A DNA stretch of 64,000 nt from Perna viridis (lineage: Eukaryota): contig CM074516.1 of the NCBI GenBank assembly GCA_037379345.1, positions 47,777,626 to 47,841,625 of the forward strand. The letters run 5' to 3'. A model generated the notes under the pieces. The model ran no database searches. It was not told where the DNA came from and saw nothing but the letters and a program-made list of their open reading frames with translations. Positions 23,301 to 38,105 of this stretch are shown piece by piece (within the stretch, counting starts at the first letter, position 1; each line of letters begins with the position of its first letter). The translations under genes were made by a program, and so were the position numbers.

Positions 23301-26300
23301 GATGTCCTAGCTGAGATCTCAGGTGTATATGTTGGGTTAGCTAACTTTGTGGTTATATACAGACGGAATCCTTTCATTACGTCTACTTCCTTGTCTCCTA
23401 CTTTCACCTGTTTGAAGACAAAGGTAAGTTATTATTTTCAAATACAGAACCATAATAAACATGAATTAAAAAAAATAAAACCAAAATACCTGAAAATTAT
23501 TTTAATTTATATAAATTTAAGTGCAGCATACTTTTTATCATTACAGAAATATCATGCATCATGAAAACTAGATGTAATGGAGTAACAACTTTAACTGTAA
23601 CAACTAGCCTGACTAATGTGAATGATTCACTTACCTTAAACGTAGAACCAGATTTGATGAAGTTTTTCTCTAACACGTTGTCCAGAGCAGGATCTAAATC
23701 TTCTCCAACATCTTCAATTAGTAATGGTCGACCAAGTGACAGAGCATCCTCTAAGTGGGATCTGAAGTACTTGTGATTCAGAGAAGTAAGTTGTAAGTCA
23801 TTGCTCTTTTCTCGGCTCTTGATCCAGAATTTACCTTGACCTTGGGGATCTATGAGAAGTGGGAAGCGAGCAGCCTTTGTAACGATTAGACCGTTCTGAA
23901 TAGACAGCTCATCATTAGGCAGTCCTTCTAAGTTCCATTCACTGACTGTAGCATTATCTACCAACATGGTTACCACATTTATGTCCTGGAAAAATAAAAG
24001 TCAATTCCTCATCATATCACCTGGAAATTAAAGTCAATTCCACATCATATCACCTGAAAATAAAGTTAATTCCATAACATATCACTTGAAAATAAAAGTC
24101 ACTTCCCCATCATATCACCTGAAAATAAAAGTCACTTCCATATCATATCACCTGAAAATTAGTCACTTCCATATCATATCACCTGAAAATTTGTCAATTC
24201 CATATCATATCTCCTGAAAATAAAAAGATATTTCTCCTCTATATTTACTTTGCTTAAATATATAGTTCTACACCATTATTCTTTACTAAAGATGAAACAT
24301 TGTCTGACAAATATCTGTCATCGAATTATTGATTTGATTTTACTTATACTTACATCACTAAATGGAATCTTGTTTGTTATCATTTCTTTTTTCCAGCCTT
24401 TAAGAACCAGATTACGGAATTCCTGGTTGAAGGGACCAGTATATGACAAGAATCCAGTACACAGCAGTACATCACCTACAAGTCTCTGGATCTGAGCTTC
24501 AAATCCCTTACTGGCCTCAGTCCATCTTACCCTCTCACCAGACAGACCTTCAATCAGTGCTGTGGCATTCACCATCTTCCTTCTACAGGCTTCGGCATCA
24601 TCTACTAAGGCCTACAACAATCAAGCCAATAATATATCAATAAACATTCAGTAAATTATTTTTCTGTTTTGTTTTTTTTTTGGCCAAATTTATCAAGAAA
24701 TGCACAGACCCTTTGAAATGAGTTTTCAAGAAAAACAAAACTTTGAACCAATAGTTGGTTTCATAAGACCAAAATATAAACTCTGTACCTGTTTCTCTTT
24801 CATTGCAGCATCATACATAGCCATCACTTCAGCTAATTCTGCCTCCTTTTCATCTAACTGAGCCTGAGCTTTGTTCAAGTCACTCATGGCAGCCCCTAAC
24901 TTGGCCTCCTGTACAGCCAGATTGGCCTTCAGTGGTAAGACTTCTTTGTTAATACTGTAGAAGAAGGACATAGCCTGTGTCCAAGCAGCCAGACCAGCTA
25001 CATCACCACACACTTTCTGGGCCTGTTCCATGTTATAATCCTCTGCAGCAAGGTATGGGGCCAACAGTTCTACTGTCTCTTCATTAATAGAGTCCTGCAA
25101 TATTTTAAAATTTTAGATAGATCACTAAAGGTCATTATAATCTATAGTCCTACATTTAAACATTGAATGCTTTTTCATATAATGAAGCTGCTTTATATAT
25201 TTTAACAAATAATCTACTTAACTTGTTTGTCATGTGAAGAAGGTTTATCATAGTTAGGTGTTCATAACAAATAAACAAAAAAATAAAACAATATACAACT
25301 ATACAATTATCATTTAATCATTGTTTGTCCTATACCTTAGGGAAGTTGAGTAATCCTTGCAGAAAACCTCCACCACCCATGAGTTTGAGTGAATCACCCC
25401 AAGACGGTTTGACAGTTGGTCTCTCTGGGTCCTGTTCTACAGCACCAAGACGACGTTGGAAGAGAATCAATACACAGTCCATAATTCTCATGATCAAATG
25501 TGGAGGTTTGGCCAACTTTCTCACTGTAATATAAATCATAATGGCTTACTATTATTTATTGATATGTTAACATTAACTCTTTCAAAATACAATTATTTTC
25601 TTCTACAGAAAAGCAGTTAAAATGATATAAACTTTTCCTTATAATCCTAAGAGTATCAAAATATTCAGATTAATTTTAAAAAGATATTTTAAAATCACCA
25701 TAGACTCAGGAAGACATGTGACTGATGATTTACCTGTAGAAATGTGAGCTGGTTTGATGGTCTGTAGAGCAGCCTCAGCAGACTCCAGGGCAGGTCTGGC
25801 AGCCTCTAATTTTGTCTCAGCCTTAGATTTATCAACAGAGATGTCATCTACAATGGCCTGAGCCTTGTCTTTGACTGCTTGTACTTGTACCTTGACTTTC
25901 TCAGCAGCTGTAGCTTTCTCTGTCACCTCCTTCAATACAGCATCAGCTTTCTTGGAGGCCACAGCTAATTCCTTCTCTTTTACAGCTAACTCTTTAGACA
26001 ATTCATTCACAGATTCTGTAGCTTCCACCAACTTCTTCAAACCTAACAAATAAAAATTGTCAATGTTAATTACTGGGTGAGTAAAAAGCTTTATTTTGCC
26101 CTTCATTCTATACTCATGCTGTCCTCTTTTTTTTTAATACATCATATTTACAGTAAAATTTTACAATGGATTTCCATAGTCATATGTCCAACACCAAGCA
26201 AGTTGCTACATCTTTGCCAAATCTTTTTTTTTTCATCAAACTGGGATAAGTGTGTCTTACCTAACAATAAATGACTTACCAGTGTTCATTCTCTGAGCCA

Positions 26301-29300
26301 GGATTCCAATTTCTCCTCTCTTCTCTGTGTAAATTGACTTGTATCCAGCAATGAAGGAGAGATATGACTTAGGCGTGACATAAGTCTGTCTCCTGAATCT
26401 TTGGAAGTACTCAATACAATACTCAGCTACCATATCCTAAAATACAAAGAAATAACATTAGACATTTGACACAATTGCTTTCTCTCATTCCAAGCCAGTG
26501 ATACACATGACTTTTTAGTGGTGATTGAATTTCTATGAGTTTTCCCGCCATTTTACATTAGAAGTTTTCTACCAATTTCATAGGAGAAACAGATTCTCTT
26601 CAGTTCTACTCATGATTTAAAATCATTCCTCCACTTTCTATATCTAAACTAAGAATTTAACATTCTCACTAAAGCTTGCATATTGAAAATCTCAATTTAA
26701 CCATCTGGAATGGAGACTCATTACTGAAGGAAAATCTGTTAATCTTACATGAAATATTATTAATGTAGGTAATATAGATGATAGATTCCAAGTTTGTCAT
26801 GTTTAGATATTCTACATTATACACATTGAATTATAGCACAACAAATATCAATGATCAATTCAAGAATTTTAATTCCACAACTGTTTATTGGTAATTCTGA
26901 CCTATATTAAAAGCAACACTTCAAGATATATCAATATGTACAACATCTTTATGGCACAATAATTTGTTTTAGATTGATATCAACCTAGTATGAATAATGA
27001 TTACAGCTTGCCCAATCATCATACTGAAAGTTATATAAATCCATGCAAGACCCATATCATGTGTAGGACAATTTATTGTACATGCTTTCTTAAAACATCT
27101 GATAGGCTGTGCTTGGATATAGTATATGTGTTTTCTTAGAAACAGTAGATGGAGAATAGATAAACATCAATTTTACATTTCTGTAGAGTCAAAGAAAAAA
27201 GTGAATTGAAGTTATACATGTGAAAAATTGACAGAACATTTAGGTAGACTTACATCCTGTTAAAAATAATATAAAAGATTTAAACTAAAATAAATAGCCA
27301 TACTACATGTCTAAAAGAAAACATTCTTAAATTTCATGATTTGAAATACAAATGAAAGAATGACAACTACTTTAAACATGATATTAAAAAAAAATGAAAA
27401 TATAACTTAGTAAGTAAAGAAAATGAAAAATTAGCTTACAGAAAAAAATGACTTTATTTTCTACTACAACTTTTTACAATGTATGTACATGAGGAAATAA
27501 GAGTGATTGGAATAAAACCTAATAAAAATTGTTAAATGGATTCACAAGCAAATTGCTACTGAAATGTTATCTGCAGATCTTACCTTCAGCTAATAAAACA
27601 ATTTAAGCTTCATAATTAAGGAAATTAATACAGTAGTTTTCCTACTTTCCCCTACCTGGAAGACACCCATGGTGCTGACAACAGACTGTTTGACAGCAGG
27701 TGTGCACACGATGTCAAAAGAAGCTAAGAAGTGGTTGGACACAGCAATCAGGGCATCCTTGGGCCATCTCTGGAACCAGTTCATTGTACAACCAGAAATC
27801 AGTCCAGGGAACTTCAATGACCTGCTACGGAATTTCTCACCAACCTATAACACATCACAAAAAATGAACATTGTGTATCAACAGATTGGTTTTACTTAGT
27901 ATGACAATATGATATCTAAAATATTGGTTTGTATAACAGTATTTTTTATGGCTACAACTTACAGGGGAGAAGCAGAGAACAACGTGGAGATTCTGTCTAC
28001 ATCTGTTCAGATAGTACTCGTATAGATTCTCATTAGTTGGTGGACGTCGTGGGAAGTCTTTCTTCATTGGGGCAATCAACTCCTGAAGGATTTCATCCAT
28101 CTCATCCCTAGCAAACAATCCAGACACTTCACCAGAGGATAAAATATTGTTCATGTATTCCAGGAAAGCCTCGTCTTTAATCTCGTTATCAGTGAAGAGG
28201 AAGGTAATACCATTACCCTGTTGTCCAGCAGTACGGTACAAGAACTTCAGGTCTTCTAGTAAGTTGCTCACATTGTAAGATCTATAAAGATAATTATGTC
28301 AGACAGTGTCTAGTTCTATCAATCAATATCATACTATCCCAATCCATAACTGATTTAACTCTTTTTTAATACAAAAATAATTCATTTTGAGATTTGACCA
28401 AATTTACATTTTATAAGATATCAAATTAGACATTCAGGCAAAGACCATTTCTATTTCCACTAATTCAACAAAATGGGTTGTTACAATATCTTTTAACTAA
28501 TACATTTTTATTTTTACTTGAATTAATAATTCCTTTTTAAGAGATAATAATAACTTTTACTGAAAAGGTCCATGACATATCTAAAAAAACATATCAGTGA
28601 ATCACAACATCAAACAAGGACATAAAAAGCCAAAGTAACTTTCAATGCAATATCAAGTAAAAGACACAGAAACTTAAACAAATCATCATAACTGAATGGG
28701 ACAATTTGTAACAGAAATTTAATATTGAACATGTGTGGTAACGAAAATAAACAAAAAATACCAGTGTCTGTAACAACAGAAAAGTGTCTATGTAAAAAAA
28801 GAAAACAGCATTATTGGCTATGAAATAAACAACAGTTTTGGCTATAAAAATAAACAACAGTTTTGGCTATAAAAATAAACAACAGTTTTGGCAATGAAAA
28901 TAAACAACAGTTTTGGCTATAAAATACTTGATTACTTAATAAAAGGCTGATATATAGTTCCAATATTTCATTAACTTACTTGCTACCGTGAGAAGAAAAA
29001 GACAGATATACATTAAACATTTTTACATAATTCTGTGACATGGGAAAACAATGATATAACTTACTTCACACTTAGGTCAAACGAGAAATTATAAACTTAA
29101 TAACACATAGAATAACACAATCCTGTCACTAATTGTGGTATGTAAAAGTACTTCTCCGTCGAAGAATATAAGGTGTGGCACATGAAGGAAAAAACAGATT
29201 TTATTGCATTAACCAAGTATTTACACCTGATAACCTGCAGAAATAACCATCAAAGTATTCGTAAAATTTGCCTTTTTAAGATCTTGATAGGTCAGATTCT

Positions 29301-32300
29301 GATGAAATGCAATATGGACGAATAGCAGGAAAATTTTCCCTCACTTTCCTTATATATGCAGACCAAAAAAAAATCTATGTCAAAGATGCTTCAGGATAAA
29401 TTTAAATAACTTTTCTGTTGTTTTCTAGATGTGTTTAACATACTTGAGGCAAAAAAGACCAAATTGAGAATTATAATGTGCCACTCATTGCCTGCTTCTT
29501 ACAAAAATAGTACTTAATTATCATGGAAACTCAGATAATATAACTATTAACCTTTTTACACTTTAAATAACAATAATTATCTTCACATCATTTCTTTTTA
29601 CTTAAAAGGATTGTATTTCTTAATAATCATATGTATCAAAACAAATCAAAGTTAAACTGAATGAGTAAGTGTAAATGGTTTTCATGAAAGGAGACATACC
29701 TAGTCAGTGTGATCTGGAATGTTTTGTATCCTGCTATAAACGAAGACAGTCTAGTCAAACTCTGTTTACCAGAACCACCAACACCTACCAATAAAGCATG
29801 GCCTCTAGGTGTTCTGATCACACGAGAAATCTTGACCAGATTAGTCATGGCATCCTGAAGAAGAAATATCAAATCTATTGAAACAAAGGACTTCACAATA
29901 CCGTGATTTACATATTTAATTTTTGTTAACTGAATATTGTGTTGTGTAGAAATCCTAAGTCTTGGCTTAAAAATGTTTTTCACAGCCTTTCTCACTTTAT
30001 GAAACCATAGTTACATACAGAGTACATAACAAGATTTATGATCAGAAGGGCTGTACAAGCTATACAGGAGAGATACTTACTTTAAAGAACACCATGTCCA
30101 TTTTAGCTCCTCTGACAGTTTCATTGTACTGTTCCATGTAGCCATTCAGTCTCTCAGACAGGGCATCAAGTGTGGGGATAGGTTCATAAATCTTTGGTGC
30201 TTCTAAATCAGCATCTTCAGGTTCATCACCTACAACCAAACCAGTCAGACATGTTAAGTCAAGTAGATATATTTCCTATAAAACAACACTGTGATTTGAT
30301 GGGCAAAAATTTTCTTCGTATTCAGTCAGAGCAGCTTATTTTCCACTTGAAATGTATAAGTTCTATTCATAATTTTGATGCTGCAACAAAGTTTAAAAAA
30401 CTGGAAAACAGTAAAAACGGTAATACACCACAAAACTTATACCCAGGGAAATTCTTTCACAGTAGATGTTAATGATGGTGAAGTAAATAGAATTTCCTTA
30501 GTTTCTCATTCAATACTTTCAATTTGATGAATATTGGTGATATAAATACAATTTACCTCTCTATTTAAAAGAAAATCTCATTTAAAAAAAATGCATTTCT
30601 ACAATGTCTTATGTTATATACCATAGTATCAGAATCAATCATGGTCATACAAAGAATTCACACAAATGACAACATCAAGTGTTTTATTTATACTTGGTGG
30701 CAACAGTACATTAGTGACACTCACTCAATCACACATGTACACTGACAACATATCATGCCAAACCATGTACAAGGCACATGAAACAATCTTAGCAATAATC
30801 TTAAGACAAGGTGATATTAAGTATAAAAGTATTACCCTAAACGAGGTAAGGTTGGGTTATACTTCAGTTTTAACAGAGGAAAGACACTATCATGGAAACC
30901 CAACTGCTACAATTTAAATTTTTAAGCCACAGTTTATTCATGGAAAAGATTGAGACATTGATTGAGGACGCAGAAATTATGTACATGAAATTCATAGCAC
31001 AAAGATTACAATGGAGGAAGACATCATGCAAGCTTTATCATTAACAATGTACAAATAATAATGACAGACTCATATATTTGAGAAATGAAAAGTAAAATCA
31101 TAAAATGGCCACTGTGAACAAACAAGGATGTGAAATACCCACCACCTGAGTTTTTTTGTTTTTCCTTTTCTTATGTGAATATCAAATAAATGAAGTTATT
31201 ATAATGTAATTGATGTATAGAGTAACTAATATTATAATGGTTATATGTATCAAGCTGCAAGGCTAAATAGAAGATATAATGGAAGCACACAATTAAAAGC
31301 ACCACTCATCAGTGGTCCCAACCTGTAAATCCAGCTTTGTTGGCAAAGAAAGTACCATAATCAATTAAACGTTGTAAGATGCAGATTAAGGTCAATTAAA
31401 CGTTGTAAGACGCAGATTAAGGTCAAATCTCATATTGGTGTAATCAAAGTTAGTATAACACAACAGATTTCATTGTTGGTGATGTCTAGTTTCACTCATT
31501 TTATTTGTTTCATGTTTATGAATTCAATGAATCATATTGTGTGTGATGGCAATAATATCCATCTGCATCATGAAAACTGATTTGTTTAACGTGTCATAGT
31601 TTTCCTTTCCTTGTTCGTCTACCCCGGACTTGACTTTTTATAAGCAACTCAGCAGGTGTTTCAAGAAAAGCATAGGACGCTTACCCTACCGGTACACTTA
31701 GTCCATGCTCCCAGTTTTTAGTCCTGAGTTGCTCATTTACTTTTGTTAGTTTGTATGTATTATTTTGTTATTTTGTGTTCTTTGTTGTGTGTGTCTAGTT
31801 TCCATGTCTGGTCTTTGTCCCTGGATTATATTCTTTTGATTTCCACTAGAATCTTGATTTCCTTGATACTCCTCCAATCTATTTCCACCTTATTTCATTG
31901 ATAAAAGGAACCTACCTGTAGGTTCTGGGGCTTCCCTCAGGAAATCCACAAAGTATGGCTCAGCTTCCATCTCATTGACAACGGCAGAACCACATTCTTC
32001 TTCTGCCACCTGAAACACACCACACAATGTGTAATTACCAGATGATATTACAAGTGCATTGTTTCTTACTCAATTTGACAGCTGTAAAACATAATTACTC
32101 TAATTGAGAGTTGTAAAAACATGATGTTTGATTTGAACATGGATGAACTCAATAACTAAGTAATATACTGTCACTGACCATGTATCAGTTATGTGTAGTC
32201 AATGTATTCTAAGTGTTCTAGAAAGTAACAAAAACTACACTCTTAATCCCTGTACAGATAATATCTTGAACTTTTTATCTAAAAACTTACCTGTTTCAGG

Positions 32301-35300
32301 GTCTTCTCAAACCACTCCTTATCTGACATATCAACAAATCTATCAGCAATGACTCTGTAGCATTCATGTTTCCATAGAGACATCATAACACCAGTAGTGG
32401 TTAGAACCTCCTCTGTTACATTCAAAATACCCTAAAATCAACAAAGTATACCTTACTTTGACCATTTCAGTATGGTTTATAAATAAGATAATTTTATGAT
32501 ACAACATCAAAACAAGTTAATTCTTGAACAAACCAAGTCCTAATACAGAAGTCCATAATTAATATTTTATCAAAGCATAAAATAATAATACATGTACTAG
32601 TGATTAAAATAAGACAAAAATATTAAGGAGTTGACACTAAACAAATAGCAATAACTGTAGTCCTTTTATTCAGTCATCCATGTCTTTATTTCCACTACAA
32701 TAGAGACATAGAGATTTTCATTCAACCCATGACTAGACATATAAGCTATTTTTCATCACATACCTGCCATATTCTGCTGAGATCTCTCAAGTTGAAAACA
32801 TAATGGAATTTAGCTGGGGTAGGTAACATCTTAACTTTAACTTTCTGCCAAAGTCTCCTGGTAGAGGAAATCAATCCATCAACCAATTCACAACAGTCCT
32901 CACTGAATCCTCTAGCCTAGTAGAAATAATAAATATTATTAAAACATCTTTCTAAATAGAAAACCCATCAATATTTATTTATTACTCAATTTTCAATAAA
33001 TGATACGTCCAAAGCTAGACACATCTGTGACAACATTGAATTTTTCAAAAGTATCATTTCAATTTTCCAGAACTGTCAGATTTTGAAAGATCCTCAAACT
33101 CAAATACTTTTATCATCTATATCTTTTCGTACGTACCTTGACAAAGAATCCCTTTCCAATTGTCTTGAAGATCTTATCTATGGAGTTGTTAGATGGTAGA
33201 GTACAATTGAATATGTTAAAGTGACGTTTGAGACGTTGAGGAATGTCATTTCTACCTCCTCCTGGATGGATCATAGCAGCTAAGAACTGAATGTCAACAA
33301 TGTTTGTAAATTCTCCTGGTTTCTCAAGATTGTAGAATCCTCTAGCCTCCATCAGCTGACGGGTAATTTCGTTGGTGACCTGATCTCCCCACTCATTGAT
33401 GATGGGCATGTTTATGTCATCAATGAAGACTGACATCTTCTTACCAGCTGGTGGACCATAAGTTGTACCCATTCTCTTGTCAACATAACCTTCCATGGTT
33501 CTCTGTATAACACAAATATTTCAGTACTAAAGCTTCTATTCTTGTTAATTCAAGGACAAAATGACAAAACTATTTTTACATGATCTCATTTAAAACAAGG
33601 AATTTCAAATAGATATCTGTATCCATCTTGATTAATAGATGGATACCTGGACCAATGAAGGAGGTCATCAAAAAGAAATGAAACTAAAAGCAATATAAAT
33701 ATGTTCATACTTCTGTGTGGTACAACTTACAAACAACTTATAACTTACCTGGACCATGGTGGGAGTGGTTGCACTGGAGAAGTTAAAACTCTTGAAAAGA
33801 TGATCCTCTGGGTCCATTTTACCACAAAATCCCTGGACCATGACTGTTTTGGCTGTACCCTGTTCACCAATCAATAACACAGCCTTGCCTTGTTTGGAGA
33901 TGATATTCAGAAGATAATCTGTTCTGACATTGTCAACATTAGGGATAAGGATAGTTGTGTATTCTGGGACAGAATCTGGTGGATACACATACTCTGGTAC
34001 CTACAAAATAAAAAACAAGGTCAGCACAAGGGGTCATAATAGTTGTATATTCTGGGACAGAGTCAGGTTGATGTACATACTCTGGTATCCATTCATTACA
34101 ACTGACATTCGTCAACCTGGAAGATCATAATAGTCAAGAACTCTGACAAAGAATATACTTGCTTTTATGCATGAAATTTCTTATTACACAATCACTAAGT
34201 AGAGATTGTTCTACTATAATCAAACTTTCAGCAGGATTTTGACGAGTACATTTTTTTCATCCCTAAACAAATCCTTACCCTTCCTGCCCAGTGTTCCCAT
34301 TCTCCTTTCTCATTCACCATGTATTCAAATATTGTGTCTTCTCCTTCACATTTAGGTAAGGGCAGCTTGCTGTTCTGTTCCAGCCATTCTTGGAGCTGTA
34401 GAAAGAGAAATAATTCGTTTTTATTGTTTTTAACAATGGAATAACCATATTACGATTTTACATTAAATTAAAGAAATACTTTATTTCTATTGTAAATAAA
34501 GTGCATTTTTTATGATAAAGATTACTTGGAATAACAATATGCATGTACCTTTTAAAAAAAAACTTAAAATTTAATACTGTACCTTCTTCCTATCATCCAA
34601 CTCTAGAATGGCACCGAGTGAGAACATGATGGCAAATATAAACAGTTTCTGTAGATGGTCTGGTCTGATATCCTTGCCCTCATCTCCACCTGGTATTAAA
34701 CCTTCCAACAGATCTATAGATTGCCTCACATACATACATTCCAACAGCTACAAAATATTACATACATATAACATATGCCCACTGTGTTGATATAGCGACT
34801 TTTATATTCTTTTTTTTAAAGCAATTAACTGCTACAGTGACTATTTCATTCACAGACATTTCTTTAATGTTTCAACTGAACAATCATTGTTATTATTATA
34901 GTTTTAAATCCAAGTAAATGTAGCTTTCATTGAATATTTCATTTCCACTGATTTTTTTATAATTCATATGTATTTACAAACCTGCATTTTTGGGAGGAGT
35001 TTCTGGATAACATAACTGTACAACATGAAGAAGCATTCCTCATAACAGCTGAATATGGCATCCTGCTGGTTTGGTGGTCTTGTAAGCAACCAACCTGAAA
35101 TCATTGTACAATATTAATTATATGCATCTATCTAATTATAAATAAAATATTATTTCCAAAGACTGAACACATTTTACATGTCCAACAATTTGAAAGTCTT
35201 TTTTTTTTTTTTTTAAGTTTTGACACACTAACCATTAGGTATTTCAAAAAGGAAGGTGACCCAAATTGAATATTTAATGTAGTCGTAAATGTTCACAAAA

Positions 35301-38066
35301 CTGCATGACTTATGAAGTTTCAAAGTCTTGGGATATTATGCCCAGAGTTTCAAAAGAATCAATTTACCTATGTTAACAGCCTTCATGACTCTTTTCAAAT
35401 ACTTAAAAATCCAAAGAATATTCCAATAAGAACTGCATCATATTAGCATCAATGTAAGAATAAACTGTTACACACCTTTGATGATAGGACTCCAATCTAG
35501 GATAGAACTAGACATGAACACCATACCGTTCCTAGATACAGTAGCTGGGGAGGCATTGTCAATGTTGTGTACCTCAAAGATGATTTTACACAGGGGTGCC
35601 ATTGGAATTCTGTCACCATTGGCTAAGGTTAATGTTTTGTTGTCATCCAATACAGAGTTCAAGTTTTCAATCCAGATAGCATCTACTGGTCCATCCAACA
35701 ACAACCAGATATGTTCACCCTAAAGTAAATATATCAAGACAAATGAAAAACAGAAAAAAACATTAAATTATTTATTGCAAAGATTGTAATAGTCCATATA
35801 ACACACAATAAGCATGTAAACATTACATCCATGGATATCACCGTCATCGATTGTGGTTTCAAGTTTGTCTACCTTATTTGTCAAATGATGCTAATATTCG
35901 ACTATTGCTAGGCATAACACTTAGTTTGAATGTGAATAAACCCAAATAATCCCTGTCCAACAAACAATGGCATTATAATTGCATGTACACAAGTACAACT
36001 AATTAATTAGTCTACCTTCTTAGCTTTGTGAGTCCTTCTCCACAGTGTAGAGAAAATACCATCTGTCCAGTCATTAGTGGCCACATCAAGTCGACCAAAC
36101 ATCTGTGGTGCTGTGATAGCCTTAGGATTCATTCTCATCTCTCTGTGAGGTTCTCCACAATCTGACATGGCTTTCATCAAAGTGTGGATACATTTTGTCT
36201 TACCAGCTCCAGTGGGCCCAAGTGTCATCATACCATGTCTGACTCTCTGTGTCTCATACAGTTGGATAAGTTTCAAAACCCATGGGTCATGTTCAATCAG
36301 CCCTCCTTCTGTAATCTATGAAAGAAAATAGAAAATTCCTTACTGACCTGAAAGTAGTGCATAGCTCTTAAATTAATAGAGTAAAAAAATTCTCAGGAAT
36401 TTTAGAATGCTCTCTTCACGTAGAACTTTACATTAATATTTTAGATTTTTTTCTTACATTTTGAGTAAAATAAAATATTCCTCTTGTATTTGTATTTCAG
36501 TGGCGTCATGCTAAAATTTAATGCCTTTTTATCAAAACAAACTTACATTTTTGGAAATGGCAGCTTCTATTTCAGGGTATCCAGCCTTGTCTAGTGTAAT
36601 ACCAGGGAACAAGTCATCAATTAGGGACATAAACAGAGGTTCATCTTCATCTACCAACTTGGACAGATTCATGTCTCTCAACACTCTCATCACAACAGTT
36701 GGCTCAGGATCATCTGGGTTAGCTCTTTTGAAAGCTCCAAGGGTACGCAATACAGACAGAATGTTTCTCAGACCAAAATCATAATGGACTTGTTTGGTCA
36801 ATTGTTCCTCACAGAGTTTGTATAAAGTAAAGAATTTCTTTGACAGTACAACGTTTTGTTGGAAACCACAACTAGCCAGTTTGACACGGATGATAATAGC
36901 TCTGTCAGGTACCATCATAGCTACTGTACGGAAGTTAATCTTCAAATTTTCTGGCAACTCCTGACGTCCAGCATAACCAGGGTTCTGTAGATGGAAAGAT
37001 GTAAAATGTCATATTGCAGAATTAAGGAGAAAAACAGGAACTTGGAAAGGTTTTAATGTTAATTTCTTATCAAACTATTCAGGGAGCTTGTTTGTATGTT
37101 TTATAATATTAGAGTTTTGTAATGTTTTAATTCTTAATAAATTATTGTGCCCTATGGTACTATAACACTCATTAACTACCTTTAAGGTACAGAATGAGCA
37201 GTTTTCTTACCATAGTCAAGAACATGCCAGATTCTTTGTCAAAGTCTACAATATCACCATCAGTAAAGACAAATTGAGTCTTCTTTTCTTTCTTACACTG
37301 TAATACAATGGCAATCTGCTGAGCAGCTACGGACAGTACAGGCAGCTCAATACGATTGAACTCATCAAAACATCCCCAGGATCCAGACTGGGCCAATCCT
37401 GTAGGCACATAGTAACAGTTTAACATCATTATAAGGATACAACCAATGGTCAACTTACATGTAAAGCATTTCAGTTGATGAGTAAACAGTTCTATACACT
37501 GTTAAATTAATTTATTTTTGTTAAATGCCATTAATAAAATAATACATTGGGGTCTCAGTGGCATTATTTGCTGATGAGTACATACAATAAATACAAGCTA
37601 TTTGAGAATTCCAATGTCTCCTTTATCATTACATTTTTCTTTCCTAAACATGAATGTTTAATATTAATACAAACCTTTGTAGATACGTCCCAGACCTCTG
37701 AAGTCCATCTGATCAGAGCAGTTGAAGACAACAACATATTTTCCAAGACAACGACCCATGTCCTTAGTTGTTTCAGTTTTACCGGTACCAGCAGGACCAG
37801 CTGGAGCGCCACCCAGTGACATTCCAAGAGCCTGAGCAAGTGTGATATAACATCTGTCAGTCAGTGGAGTAATCACAAGACGTTCAGTACAACCTAAGAA
37901 CTCATTCTGATACTCAAAGTCAACATCAGTTATAGAGATCAAACATTGATCTGTATCCTCCTTAAAATAAAATCTGGACTGTTTCAACCACTCAAAGTCA
38001 TTGGGTGATCGGATGTGCATCCTTACCTACAATACAATTATTATATATATGTTATATCTATATCTA

Positions 38067-38105
<39 letters not shown>

